64,000 bases of DNA, from positions 32,001 to 96,000 of the forward strand of contig JBBQQR010000004.1 in assembly GCA_038215615.1 (NCBI GenBank), written 5' to 3'. The stretch's first letter is position 1. Every line of letters begins with the position of its first letter. A program made the translations under genes and the position numbers. Shown piece by piece: positions 1 through 8,963 of this stretch. This stretch comes from Vulcanimicrobiales bacterium. GTDB lineage: Bacteria; Vulcanimicrobiota; Vulcanimicrobiia; Vulcanimicrobiales; Vulcanimicrobiaceae. A model generated the notes under the pieces. The model was not told the DNA's origin. It saw only the letters and a program-made list of their open reading frames with translations, and did no database searches.

Positions 1-189
1 GTGCATGATGGCATGACTGCGATTCTGCACGTCAACGACTTAGTCGCCGACGGCGATACTGTGAGGACCGCAGCGAACGGCCGCGTGACGCTACGTGCGC
101 AAGATGGAACGCAGACGAAGATTGCCCCGGGATCCGCAGTGACGGTTCACGCCATTGCCTGTAAATGGCACGCAAAGAAATTGCGCTAG
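1..189 (+). CDS. 3' end of a FecR-like domain protein (partial, starts upstream of the window)
   Basis: GDTVRTAANGRVTLRAQDGTQTKIAPGSAVTV resembles the FecR domain pattern (GD.vrT..ngr..l...DG). Confidence 0.5.
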   Translation: MHDGMTAILHVNDLVADGDTVRTAANGRVTLRAQDGTQTKIAPGSAVTVHAIACKWHAKKLR

Positions 190-506
190 TCATCCCCTTC
201 GTGGAAATGGAGATGGCAGCCGTCTTCGGCATCGCGTAACACTTCGCGGGCTTCGGAAAGCATGGCTTGCGAGACCGGCGGCGCCGTCTCGACCTCGCCT
301 TCCTCGGCGAGGAAATCGCTTTCTTCCCAATCCTCCCACGTCTCGAGCGGCTCTCCGTCGATTTCAGCCGGGAAACGAACGCAGAAGCCTTCGACCAGGT
401 GCAAACCGACGACCAGCACGCGTGTACCGCGCGGAAAGAACGTTCCGTCTTTCCATAGCGTGCCGTACGTGGTTTGATACGCCGTGCCGATTCTCAGGGC
501 TTCTAT
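186..506 (-). CDS. Acidic hypothetical protein, probable ATA start
   Basis: The track ORF 186..419 stays open to 506 (IEALRIGTAYQTTYGTLWKDGTFFPRGTRVLVVG...). GGAG lies 8 nt before ATA at 506, directly after the ALDH stop. Confidence 0.6.
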   Translation of the reverse strand: MEALRIGTAYQTTYGTLWKDGTFFPRGTRVLVVGLHLVEGFCVRFPAEIDGEPLETWEDWEESDFLAEEGEVETAPPVSQAMLSEAREVLRDAEDGCHLHFHEGDD

Positions 507-509
507 GGC

Positions 510-2003
510 TTAAACTCCAAACGGATCGATGGGCTTCTCGCCGATATACGTAATGATACTTTTGATTTCCGAATACAGCGCCATGGTCTCGATGCCCAGC
601 TCGCGCCCGTATCCCGACTGTTTGTACCCGCCGAACGGTACGCCCGGAAAAACTGAGTACGGCGTGTTGATCGCTACGGTTCCTGTGCGCAGCGCCCTAG
701 CCGTGCGTCCGGCGCGCCCCAGGTTCTGTGTCCAGATGCTGGCCGACAAACCGTACTCACTGTCGTTTGCGAGCGCAATCGCTTCGGCTTCATCCTTAAA
801 GCGCGTAATGGTTGCGACCGGTCCAAAGACTTCCTCGCGCGAAATGCGGTGCGCCGGCTGCGCTTCATAGGCGCTGACGCTCCAAAATTTGCCGTCCTCG
901 AAGCCTTCGCCCACGCGCGCGGGTTCGCCGCCCAGCAGCAGCTTGGCGCCTTCACCTGCGCCGATTTCGCAATACGATTTGATCTTATCGTATTGCTCTT
1001 GGGTCGTGATCGCTCCGATCTGCGTCTGCGGATCTTCCGGATTGCCGACGCGCAGTTTGCGCGCCTTGCTCGTAAATGCCGCAATGAATTCGTCGGCGAT
1101 ATTTTCGTGGACCAGCACCCGCGAACGCGCTTCGCAGCATTGCCCCGCGTTATAAAAAATGCCGTACAGCGCGCCGTTGACGGCCTGCGTGACGTCGGCG
1201 TCGTCGAAAACGATCGATGGCGACTTGCCGCCTAGTTCGAGCGTGACGCGCTTGACCGTTTGTGCCGCGGTCGCCGCAACGCGCTTTCCGGTGGTCGTGC
1301 TGCCGGTGAACGCAATCTTGTCGATACCGGGATGCTCGACGATGGCTTGGCCCAAATCACGGCCTTCGCCGGTAATCACGTTGAGCACGCCTTCCGGTAA
1401 GCCGGCTTCGAGCGCGATCTTCGCGAGCTCGAGTGCGGAGAGCGGCGTTTGCCCGGCCGGCTTCAGCACGATCGTGCAGCCCGCAGCCAGCGCAGGCGCG
1501 ACTTTCCAGGATGCCAGCAGCAGCGGAAAATTCCACGGCACGATCGCGCCGACCACCCCCACCGGTTCGCGCACTGTTTGCGCGAGGTAGTTAGGCAGCG
1601 GACCAGGCAAGCTGTTGCCGTAATTTTTGGTCGCTGCGCCTGCGTAGAATTCGAAACAGTCGACGATGGCGCCCAACTCGCCCTTGGCAGTGCCCAAAGT
1701 CTTGCCGTTGTCGCGCACTTCAAGCAGCGCAATGTCGTTGGCGCGTTCGGCGATCAGCTGCGCCATCTTGTAGATGACTTTGGCGCGGCGCGACGCGGCC
1801 ATCGTCGCCCATTTCCCACGCTCGAGCGCGCCGCGTGCGGCGGTCACCGCGCGGTCCACATCGGCGGCGGACGCGTTTGCGACCTGAGCGATCGTTGCGC
1901 CTGTGGCCGGATTGGTATCGTCGTAGAGCGCCCCGTCGGATGCGCCGGCCCAAAGATTGCCGATGAAGAGTTCAGTTTTCACAGCCGCTGCAGTTACCGC
2001 CAT
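510..2003 (-). CDS. NAD(P)-dependent aldehyde dehydrogenase
   Basis: PWNFP, FTGST, LELGGKSP, catalytic GQCC, EEVFGPV, PFGGYKQSG motifs; ATG overlaps the thiolase stop. Confidence 0.95.
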   Translation of the reverse strand: MAVTAAAVKTELFIGNLWAGASDGALYDDTNPATGATIAQVANASAADVDRAVTAARGALERGKWATMAASRRAKVIYKMAQLIAERANDIALLEVRDNGKTLGTAKGELGAIVDCFEFYAGAATKNYGNSLPGPLPNYLAQTVREPVGVVGAIVPWNFPLLLASWKVAPALAAGCTIVLKPAGQTPLSALELAKIALEAGLPEGVLNVITGEGRDLGQAIVEHPGIDKIAFTGSTTTGKRVAATAAQTVKRVTLELGGKSPSIVFDDADVTQAVNGALYGIFYNAGQCCEARSRVLVHENIADEFIAAFTSKARKLRVGNPEDPQTQIGAITTQEQYDKIKSYCEIGAGEGAKLLLGGEPARVGEGFEDGKFWSVSAYEAQPAHRISREEVFGPVATITRFKDEAEAIALANDSEYGLSASIWTQNLGRAGRTARALRTGTVAINTPYSVFPGVPFGGYKQSGYGRELGIETMALYSEIKSIITYIGEKPIDPFGV

Positions 2004-3172
2004 TAAAGCCTTTCGAAAATCGTGCTGACGCCTTGTCCGACGCCGATACACATAGTTGCCAAACCGTAACGCCCGCCGCGGCGCCGCAGTTCGTGCAGCA
2101 GCGTCGCAGCGATGCGCGCGCCGCTCGCCCCGAGCGGGTGCCCGAGCGCAATCGCGCCGCCGTTCACATTCGCCTTGGCCGGGTCAATCTCCAGGTCGCG
2201 CAAGCATGCAATCGATTGGGCCGCGAACGCTTCGTTGATCTCCACCAGGTCGATCGCGTCCATTGCCAATCCCGAGTGCGCGAAGGCTTTGCGCGTCGCG
2301 GGAACCGGTCCCAGGCCCATGAAGTCGGGATGCACTCCGGCCGACGCCGTCGCCACCACGCGCGCGATGGGCTGCAGGCCGAGCCGCTTCGCCGCTTGCG
2401 CTTCGCAAAGAAGAAGCGCCGCAGCGCCATCGTTTATTCCCGCGCAATTCCCTGCGGTCACCGTGCCGTTGGTTTTAAACGCGGGCTTGAGGTTCGCCAA
2501 GGCCTCGAGCGTTGTATCGGGACGCGGATGTTCGTCGACGGTAACGGCGCCGACCGCGGCGAGCTCGTCTTTGAAGGTGTTTTTTGCAACGGCGAGTTTC
2601 ACGCGCATCTGCGATTCGTACGCGAATCGATCTTGCTCTTCGCGCGAAATGCCGTAACGTTCGGCAACATTTTCGGCGGTTACACCGAGCGTAACCGGCG
2701 GATACATCTCTTTCATACGCGGGTTCACCATGCGCCAACCCAGGGTCGTGTCGTACAGTTCGGGGGCGCGCTCGAATGGTTTTTCGCCCTTGAGTTGCAC
2801 GAAAGGTGCGCGCGTCATCGATTCGACGCCGCCCGCGATGATCACGTCGCTTTCGCCGTACGCGATGGCGTGCGCGGCTGAGTTTAGCGCCTGCAGGCTG
2901 CTGCCGCATAAACGGTTGATCGTCGCGCCGCCCGTTTCAACCGGCAACCCCGCGAGCAGCGCGGCCATGCGCGCGACATTGCGGTTATCTTCGCCGGCCT
3001 GATTGGCAGCGCCGAAAAATACATCTTCGATTTTTTTCGGATCGACGCCGGTGCGTTCCACGATGGCCTTGATGACGAGCGCCGCGAGATCGTCCGGGCG
3101 AACGTGTGCGAGCGCCCCGCCGTATCTTCCGATCGGCGTGCGTAGCGCATCTATAACGACGACGTCACGCAT
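2003..3172 (-). CDS. Acetyl-CoA C-acyltransferase (PaaJ/PcaF-like thiolase)
   Basis: RTPIGRYGG, GEDNRNVARMA, NRLCGS, NEAFA, GHPLGASG, CIGVGQG. Confidence 0.95.
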   Translation of the reverse strand: MRDVVVIDALRTPIGRYGGALAHVRPDDLAALVIKAIVERTGVDPKKIEDVFFGAANQAGEDNRNVARMAALLAGLPVETGGATINRLCGSSLQALNSAAHAIAYGESDVIIAGGVESMTRAPFVQLKGEKPFERAPELYDTTLGWRMVNPRMKEMYPPVTLGVTAENVAERYGISREEQDRFAYESQMRVKLAVAKNTFKDELAAVGAVTVDEHPRPDTTLEALANLKPAFKTNGTVTAGNCAGINDGAAALLLCEAQAAKRLGLQPIARVVATASAGVHPDFMGLGPVPATRKAFAHSGLAMDAIDLVEINEAFAAQSIACLRDLEIDPAKANVNGGAIALGHPLGASGARIAATLLHELRRRGGRYGLATMCIGVGQGVSTIFERL

Positions 3173-3174
3173 TT

Positions 3175-4800
3175 CTAAAACGGCATTCCAGGATACCCCA
3201 TGGTGCCGCTGCTGGGTTTCGTTTCGACGACACCTTCTGCAACCGCCACATCCATCGGATCTTGTTCGCTTTCGACATCCAACACCCACAACGCGCGATA
3301 CGGCGCGAAGGCTGCACCTTCGGCGCCGACGAGCCGCTGGAGTATGCGAACGACGCGGTCCCCACCGATCTCGCGTCCCCATGCGATCGGTCCGAGCGGA
3401 TAGTTCGTCCCTAAGCGCATCGCAAGGTCCACGTCGTCGGGGGTCGCGACATCTTCCTGCACGGCGCAGACCGCTTCGTTGACGATCGAGCCCACCGTGC
3501 GACCCAGAAAGAGCCCGGCACTGTTTCCCACGAGCACCGTCCGTTTGCCGATCGATTCGAAGAGCTCTTCCGCGAGCTCGAGCGCGTCGTCGCTCGTTTC
3601 TTCCGCAGCGACGATCTCGAGCACGCTCTGACGCGAAAGCGATCCGAGCAAACCAAAACCGACCACCCTTTCCGGATGGCGCAGCCGCTTCGCGAGTGCG
3701 ATGAGGTCGGTTGCGTAGGCGTCGACGAGAAGAACGGTGTCGGGAGCAAACAGGCCGTCCAATTCGGTAATGAACGACCCGCGATCGCTCACGCCGTCGC
3801 CGCCATCGATGACGACCGTCGAATCCAGCGGCATCTCCTCGACCGCTTCGGCGTTCTCACAGACGTTCACGTGCGCGTAGGCTTGGTCGAGCGCTTCGCG
3901 CATTTCGATCGCGGCATTTGCCAGACCCACGATTAAAATTCGCTCGTCCTGATTCATCTCACGCGAAAGCTGCGGCGGCGCATCGTCGTGCTTCGGCGTT
4001 CCGGCGCTGTAATCGTAAAAGCCGGCGCCGCTTTTGCGGCCAAGTTTTCCGGCGCGCACCAACTCGCGCTGCAGTTCGATCGGCTTCAGCCGTGCCGCTC
4101 CGGTTCGTTCGTAAATCGACTTCGACGTGGCAAGGTTGATATCGAGGCCGATCAAATCCATCAGTTCGAACGGGCCCATGCGAAAACCGGCGCCGCGCGC
4201 TAAGAGGTCCAGTTCTTCCAACGTGCCCACGCCGGCGTCGTACGCGCGCATTGCCTGGAGGTAAAAAGGACGCGCCACGCGGTTCACGATGAAGCCGGGC
4301 GTATCGGCCGTAACGACGGGGGTTTTTCCGAAACGGGTTGCCGTGCTGCGTGCGCGCTCGACGGCCTCGTCGCCGGTTTGTTCGCCGCGCACGATTTCCA
4401 CGAGTTTCATCGCAGTGGGCGGATTGAAAAAATGCAAACCCAGCAGGCGTTCGGGGTGGTCGATGCCTTGCGCGATCTCGCTCACCGATAGCGATGATGT
4501 GTTGGTCGCAAGCAGCGCTTGCGGTCCAAGGGCCTTGGCGAGTTCCGCGAAGACGGAGCGCTTCACGTCGATACGTTCGGTAACCGCTTCGATTGCCAGA
4601 TCAGCTTGGATCCCCCCTGGAATCACGTCGTAGAATTGCACCTTGTCAGCGCGCTCGCCGGCCGCATTGGCAATCAGGGTGCGCGCTCGTTCGCGGGCAC
4701 CCGCGTCCGGCTCGACGAGCGCGACGTCGTCGCCGGCAAGCGCCGCGACGGCCGCAATGCCCGCGCCCATGGTCCCGCCCCCGATCACTACCGTAATCAC
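3175..4800 (-). CDS. paaH: 3-hydroxyacyl-CoA dehydrogenase, PaaH-like tandem-domain form
   Basis: GGGTMGAGIA, TNTSSLS, LHFFNP, PGFIVNR, MGPFEL.D, second C-domain with GTNYPLGP. Confidence 0.85.
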   Translation of the reverse strand: MITVVIGGGTMGAGIAAVAALAGDDVALVEPDAGARERARTLIANAAGERADKVQFYDVIPGGIQADLAIEAVTERIDVKRSVFAELAKALGPQALLATNTSSLSVSEIAQGIDHPERLLGLHFFNPPTAMKLVEIVRGEQTGDEAVERARSTATRFGKTPVVTADTPGFIVNRVARPFYLQAMRAYDAGVGTLEELDLLARGAGFRMGPFELMDLIGLDINLATSKSIYERTGAARLKPIELQRELVRAGKLGRKSGAGFYDYSAGTPKHDDAPPQLSREMNQDERILIVGLANAAIEMREALDQAYAHVNVCENAEAVEEMPLDSTVVIDGGDGVSDRGSFITELDGLFAPDTVLLVDAYATDLIALAKRLRHPERVVGFGLLGSLSRQSVLEIVAAEETSDDALELAEELFESIGKRTVLVGNSAGLFLGRTVGSIVNEAVCAVQEDVATPDDVDLAMRLGTNYPLGPIAWGREIGGDRVVRILQRLVGAEGAAFAPYRALWVLDVESEQDPMDVAVAEGVVETKPSSGTMGYPGMPF

Positions 4801-4851
4801 GCTTACTCTTTGTTCGGGGACGCCCGCAGTCCATGCCGAAACGGAGCAGCA

Positions 4852-5388
4852 ATGGGCGAATCGCGTTGGCGCGTAACTTCTTCGTCATACGTGGTCGACA
4901 CCGAGCATTTGCGTCTGCGCAAAGACCGGATCGAACTTCCTGACGGGCGCACCATCGACGATTACTACGTTCGCGAAAGCCGCGGCTTCGTCGTCATATT
5001 CGCAACGACGCCCGACGGGCGCGTGATCTTGGTGCGCCAATACAAGCACGGCATCGGCAAAGCGCTGCTGGAACTTCCCGCCGGTGCGATCGACCCCGGC
5101 GAGGCGCCTCTGCAAACCGCGCAACGCGAATTCGCCGAAGAAACTGGTTATGCCGGTTCAATGGAGCACGTGCGTACGTTCTGCACCGATCCGACCAACG
5201 CGGATACGGTCGCGCATCTTTTTTACGCGCCGAGCGCGCAGCTCGTGGGAGAACAGCACCTCGGATTGGGCGAAGATATTACCGTCGAGCTGGCCACCTT
5301 CGACGAGTTGCGCGGCTTCGTGCGCGATGGAACGATCGATTCGGTGACGCACGTCGCGTCCATTTTTCTCATGCTGGACCGGCCCTAG
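4852..5388 (+). CDS. NUDIX hydrolase (ADP-ribose pyrophosphatase-like)
   Basis: Nudix box ELPAGAIDPGEAPLQTAQREFAEETG; RQYKHG. Confidence 0.9.
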   Translation: MGESRWRVTSSSYVVDTEHLRLRKDRIELPDGRTIDDYYVRESRGFVVIFATTPDGRVILVRQYKHGIGKALLELPAGAIDPGEAPLQTAQREFAEETGYAGSMEHVRTFCTDPTNADTVAHLFYAPSAQLVGEQHLGLGEDITVELATFDELRGFVRDGTIDSVTHVASIFLMLDRP

Positions 5389-6213
5389 CTAGCGGTCGGG
5401 GCGCAAGAACTTTCGACGGTAACGATGCTGCGGCGCATGCGGCGGGCGGCGGAGTTCTTGCCGCAGCGCCGAGAGGTTGCCAAGCGGATACACCAGCTCG
5501 GCGGTGGCAGCCACGACGTGAAGTTCGCTGCGCGACGTGACGCCGAACGCTTGCAGCGCCTCGAAACAGTCGTCGCCGCATACGTCGAGGCCTTCGGAAT
5601 ACGCCGTCAACGCCGGCACAACGATAATGCCCCTTCCGGAAAGAAACGCGGGCGCCGACGTTCCGTTGCTGCGCACACTCGGATGCAAGTGACCGATGAT
5701 GACGCCCCTCGCCTCGGCCGCGCTGCGCCCCGCTCGGGGTCCTTCCCTTCGACCCGGCTCAGGGCAGGCTGGCTCAGGATGACAAGCATTGTCGCCGTGG
5801 ATCATGAGCCAGCCGGCGCGCTGCGCATATTCAACGGTATCGCCGAGCACCTCGACGCCGCGCGTGCGGCCTTCGTGATTGCCTGCCACCAGCGTCACGG
5901 CCGCCAGCGCGCGCAGCCGGTCCAAGCCCGACTGCACCTCGCGCGCAGCGCCTTCGCTCATACGCGCGCCATGGATCACGTCACCGAGAAAAAGAAACTC
6001 CCGCGCGCCAAATTCCACCGCCGCTCTCTGCAGCACCAAGATGGCGTCGGTCGTGCTCCACGTCGGCAATGCGCCGCCGATGACGTCTTCGTACGCGAGA
6101 TGCGCGTCGGCCGCAACGAGCGTCCGCGTTTCGCGCAACCAAAGCAGTCCGGGCGCGACGGCATCGATTCCCTGCGCCAGCTGCGCGGTGCGCGCGGCCG
6201 ATTCACGAAGCAC
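5389..6213 (-). CDS. Lhr-associated metallophosphoesterase (PdeM/MPE-like nuclease) with an in-frame repeat insertion
   Basis: ADAHL, GDVIH, GNHE, HGD, GHLHP calcineurin-like motifs; directly downstream of lhr. Confidence 0.85.
   Translation of the reverse strand: MLRESAARTAQLAQGIDAVAPGLLWLRETRTLVAADAHLAYEDVIGGALPTWSTTDAILVLQRAAVEFGAREFLFLGDVIHGARMSEGAAREVQSGLDRLRALAAVTLVAGNHEGRTRGVEVLGDTVEYAQRAGWLMIHGDNACHPEPACPEPGRREGPRAGRSAAEARGVIIGHLHPSVRSNGTSAPAFLSGRGIIVVPALTAYSEGLDVCGDDCFEALQAFGVTSRSELHVVAATAELVYPLGNLSALRQELRRPPHAPQHRYRRKFLRPDR
5705..5784. repeat. Nested palindromic (REP/RPE-like) element inside the phosphoesterase CDS
   Basis: Minus strand tgtcatcctgagcc-[agcctgccctgagccgggtcgaaggg]-aaggaccccgag...gagggg, translated as CHPEPACPEPGRREGPRAGRSAAEARG. 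Confidence 0.8.
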
Positions 6214-8923
6214 GGCGTTCCATCACTTCCTGCACGCGCTGATGCAGCGCCTCGACCATGCTCGAGCGATCGTCCAGCACGACGGCATCGCCGAAACTCG
6301 ATGTGATGATGCCGAATGTGAACGGCGAAGCGGCTTTCGGGTGAAAGAGCCGGACCGGGTGCTCGACCGATTCCAAATAGGCAAGCGCGCCGGGCGCGTC
6401 GAGCAGATCACGCGTTACGGTGCGCAGTGTTTCGCGCAGCAGCGGAAAATCGCGATCGTTTGCAAAAATGCGCTCGAAAATGCGCTGCGAATTCCACGAC
6501 AGCGCGCGACGCCTCAGCGTCCTGCCGCCCGCGCGTCGCAGTACCAGCAGCCCGGTATTCGCGACGTACCGGAACTGACTGCGCAGCAGATGCGAGCTGC
6601 GCAGCCCGGCCAGCAGATCGCGTTCGAAATCGTGAGTGTGCAGCAGTTTGGTCCAGGTCTCGTCGCGCATTGATTTGCCCTCCGGCAATGTTAGCAGAAA
6701 GCCGTTGTCGTCGGTAGTGAGCTGTACGTTCGCACGGATCTGCCAAAATATGCGCGTCGCGATGGCGCGCGCCAGGGTTTCGTTGATGCGCCGCCCCGCG
6801 CCGGTATGAAAGACTGCGCACTGCTTGCGGTCGATACGGTACACTTCGATCACCGGATGCGTCGCGTCGGGCACATCGGAAAGCGCGATCTGCTCGGCGA
6901 TGTACCGCACAACGTGACCCGCTTCCAGGCCTTCGAGTCCATAGCGCGTGCGAAGGTACTCCTTCGCGCTCCCCTCGATATGGCTCCTCACGGAGCCTAC
7001 TCGGGGTCCTTCGACAAGCTCAGGATGACAATCTGAAAGCTCAGGATGACAATCTGAAAGCTCAGGATGACAATCTGAAAGCTCAGGATGACATTCTGAA
7101 TCTGAGCGGAGCCGCTGCGCAACTCCGTTGCGAAGCGTGTGAATTTCCGCGGCGAGCGCCGTTGGAATGCCGCGTAAGTGCGAGCTCCATTGCGGCACCG
7201 TCGGACGGCCGGCGTGCGGTTCGACGATGATGCCGGTGCTCGTTAGTTCTTTTACGCGCAGCGTGCGGCCGTTGAGGACGAAGACATCGCCCTGCCGGAT
7301 CTCGCTCAGGAAACTCTCTTCGACGCGGCCGATGGCGTGGCGCGCGCCCTTCAGCGTCACCGAAACGTGCTGCTCGTCGGGAATCGTGCCGACATTTTCG
7401 AAGAAGGCGGCGCAGACTTCACGGCCGAGTCCGTAGAGCGCCTCGCCGTCACATCCCAAGCGCCGGACGTGCGCTTCGTTTTCGCCTACGCCACCGCCGG
7501 AAAGATAGCGCACGCACGCCACTAGATCTTCCCGTTCGAGCTGCGCGAAGGGATAGGCGCGGCGCGCGATCCGCAGCGCATCCTCGATCGCGAGGCGCCG
7601 GTCGTAGCAGACGCTGCCCACGAGCCACTGCGCGAGCACGTCCAGCGGCGCTTGCGGAATGGCGGCTTCTTCGAGGATGGCATCTGCGATGCAGCGTTTG
7701 GTCGCGGCGGCTTCGATGATGTCGTCGCGATCTTGCGCGATCACGGTGCCGCGCGCAACCGCGCCGGGGCGGTGGCCCGCGCGTCCAATGCGCTGCAGCG
7801 TCGGCGTCATGCCGCGCGCGCCGCCGATCACCACCGCGCGATCGATGAATCCGATGTCCACGCCCAGCTCCAGGCTCGAACTGCAGACCACGGTGCGCAG
7901 TTTGCCGGCGCGCAGCGCGGCTTCCACGCGATGGCGCACGTTGCGTTCGAGCGCGCTGTGATGCACGCCGATGCGCGAATCATATTGCCGCTCGCGCGTC
8001 TGGCCGTTGACCTCTTCGACGCTTTCAGGTTCCAATATCTGCGCCATGCCGTGTGCGATCAGTTCCGCTTGGCTGCGCACGTTGGTGAAGACGAGCGTCG
8101 TGCGCTCACCCCGGGTGAGGCGCGCGGCCGCCTGCGCAACTGTCGCCAGCGGCGCCATCGCGTTGGGAAACGGAGCCAGCACGTCGATGGTGATGGAGCG
8201 CAGACGGCGCGCGTCGACGATCTCGCACTCGCGATCCGTGCCGACCAAAAACTTCGCGACCCGGTCGAGCGGGCTGATGGTCGCGGAGAGGCCGACGCGG
8301 TTGAACGGCGCTTCCGCGAGCTCTTCGAGCGATTCGAGCAAGAGCGCGAGCTGCGCGCCGCGCTTGTTGCTCGCCAGGGCGTGCACTTCGTCGACGATGA
8401 CCGTTTCAACCGTGCGCAGCGTTTTGCGGTAAGATTCCATCGCCAGCATCACCGCGAGCGATTCGGGCGTCGTCATCAAGATGTGCGGCGGCCGGGAGAG
8501 CATCAGGCGGCGCTCGTCATTGGGCGTATCTCCCGTGCGAACGCCCGTTCGAATGTGCGTCTCGCGGATGCGCCCGCGCCGGAGCCGCGCGCGCGGCGAG
8601 TTCGGGCGCTCCAGCAGGCCCATCTCGCGCAGCGGCCGGCGGACGTTATGCTCGACATCGTAGCCAAGCGCGCGGAGCGGCGAGATATACAGGGCAAACG
8701 TACGCGGAAAGAGCCCATCCTCGTCGCGGCGGGCCGCGAGCGCCGAGATGACGGGCAAGAAGGCCGCGAGCGTCTTCCCGGTGCCGGTCGGCGAGGAAAC
8801 CAGAACGTTCCGGCGTGCTAGGCCCAGGGGTATGGCGGCGCGCTGCGGTTCTGTGGCTTCCTTTAAGACATCGCGGCACCAGCGCGCGACGTCGGGATGA
8901 AGGGCGTCAAAAAGCGGCTCCAT
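6203..8923 (-). CDS. lhr: Lhr-type (Lhr-core) SF2 ATP-dependent helicase
   Basis: SPTGTGKT, ISPLRAL, RTGDT, TTPESL, DEVH, LSAT, HHS, SSLELGVDIG, QRIGRAGH; winged-helix GTIPD region. Confidence 0.93.
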   Translation of the reverse strand: MEPLFDALHPDVARWCRDVLKEATEPQRAAIPLGLARRNVLVSSPTGTGKTLAAFLPVISALAARRDEDGLFPRTFALYISPLRALGYDVEHNVRRPLREMGLLERPNSPRARLRRGRIRETHIRTGVRTGDTPNDERRLMLSRPPHILMTTPESLAVMLAMESYRKTLRTVETVIVDEVHALASNKRGAQLALLLESLEELAEAPFNRVGLSATISPLDRVAKFLVGTDRECEIVDARRLRSITIDVLAPFPNAMAPLATVAQAAARLTRGERTTLVFTNVRSQAELIAHGMAQILEPESVEEVNGQTRERQYDSRIGVHHSALERNVRHRVEAALRAGKLRTVVCSSSLELGVDIGFIDRAVVIGGARGMTPTLQRIGRAGHRPGAVARGTVIAQDRDDIIEAAATKRCIADAILEEAAIPQAPLDVLAQWLVGSVCYDRRLAIEDALRIARRAYPFAQLEREDLVACVRYLSGGGVGENEAHVRRLGCDGEALYGLGREVCAAFFENVGTIPDEQHVSVTLKGARHAIGRVEESFLSEIRQGDVFVLNGRTLRVKELTSTGIIVEPHAGRPTVPQWSSHLRGIPTALAAEIHTLRNGVAQRLRSDSECHPELSDCHPELSDCHPELSDCHPELVEGPRVGSVRSHIEGSAKEYLRTRYGLEGLEAGHVVRYIAEQIALSDVPDATHPVIEVYRIDRKQCAVFHTGAGRRINETLARAIATRIFWQIRANVQLTTDDNGFLLTLPEGKSMRDETWTKLLHTHDFERDLLAGLRSSHLLRSQFRYVANTGLLVLRRAGGRTLRRRALSWNSQRIFERIFANDRDFPLLRETLRTVTRDLLDAPGALAYLESVEHPVRLFHPKAASPFTFGIITSSFGDAVVLDDRSSMVEALHQRVQEVMERRAS
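6971..7099. repeat. Composite palindromic element with four tandem 21-bp units inside lhr
   Basis: aagctcaggatgacaatctga x4 at 7016-7099 (last copy has 1 mismatch), joined to a ggctcc-tcac-ggagcc hairpin; encodes SECHPEL(SDCHPEL)x3VEGPRVGSVRSHIEG. Confidence 0.9.
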
Positions 8924-8928
8924 GGATA

Positions 8929-8942
8929 CGAACACCTGTTCG
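8929..8942. promoter_or_regulatory. LexA (SOS) box, Gram-positive type, upstream of lhr
   Basis: CGAACACCTGTTCG is a perfect CGAAC-N4-GTTCG, 5 nt upstream of the lhr ATG. Confidence 0.8.
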
Positions 8943-8963
8943 ACGGCGGGGAGCCGCTCTCTG

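Noticed and set aside
7016..7099. Four direct repeats as a possible CRISPR array
   Set aside because: Units are head-to-tail with no unique spacers, lie in frame inside lhr, and no cas genes are present
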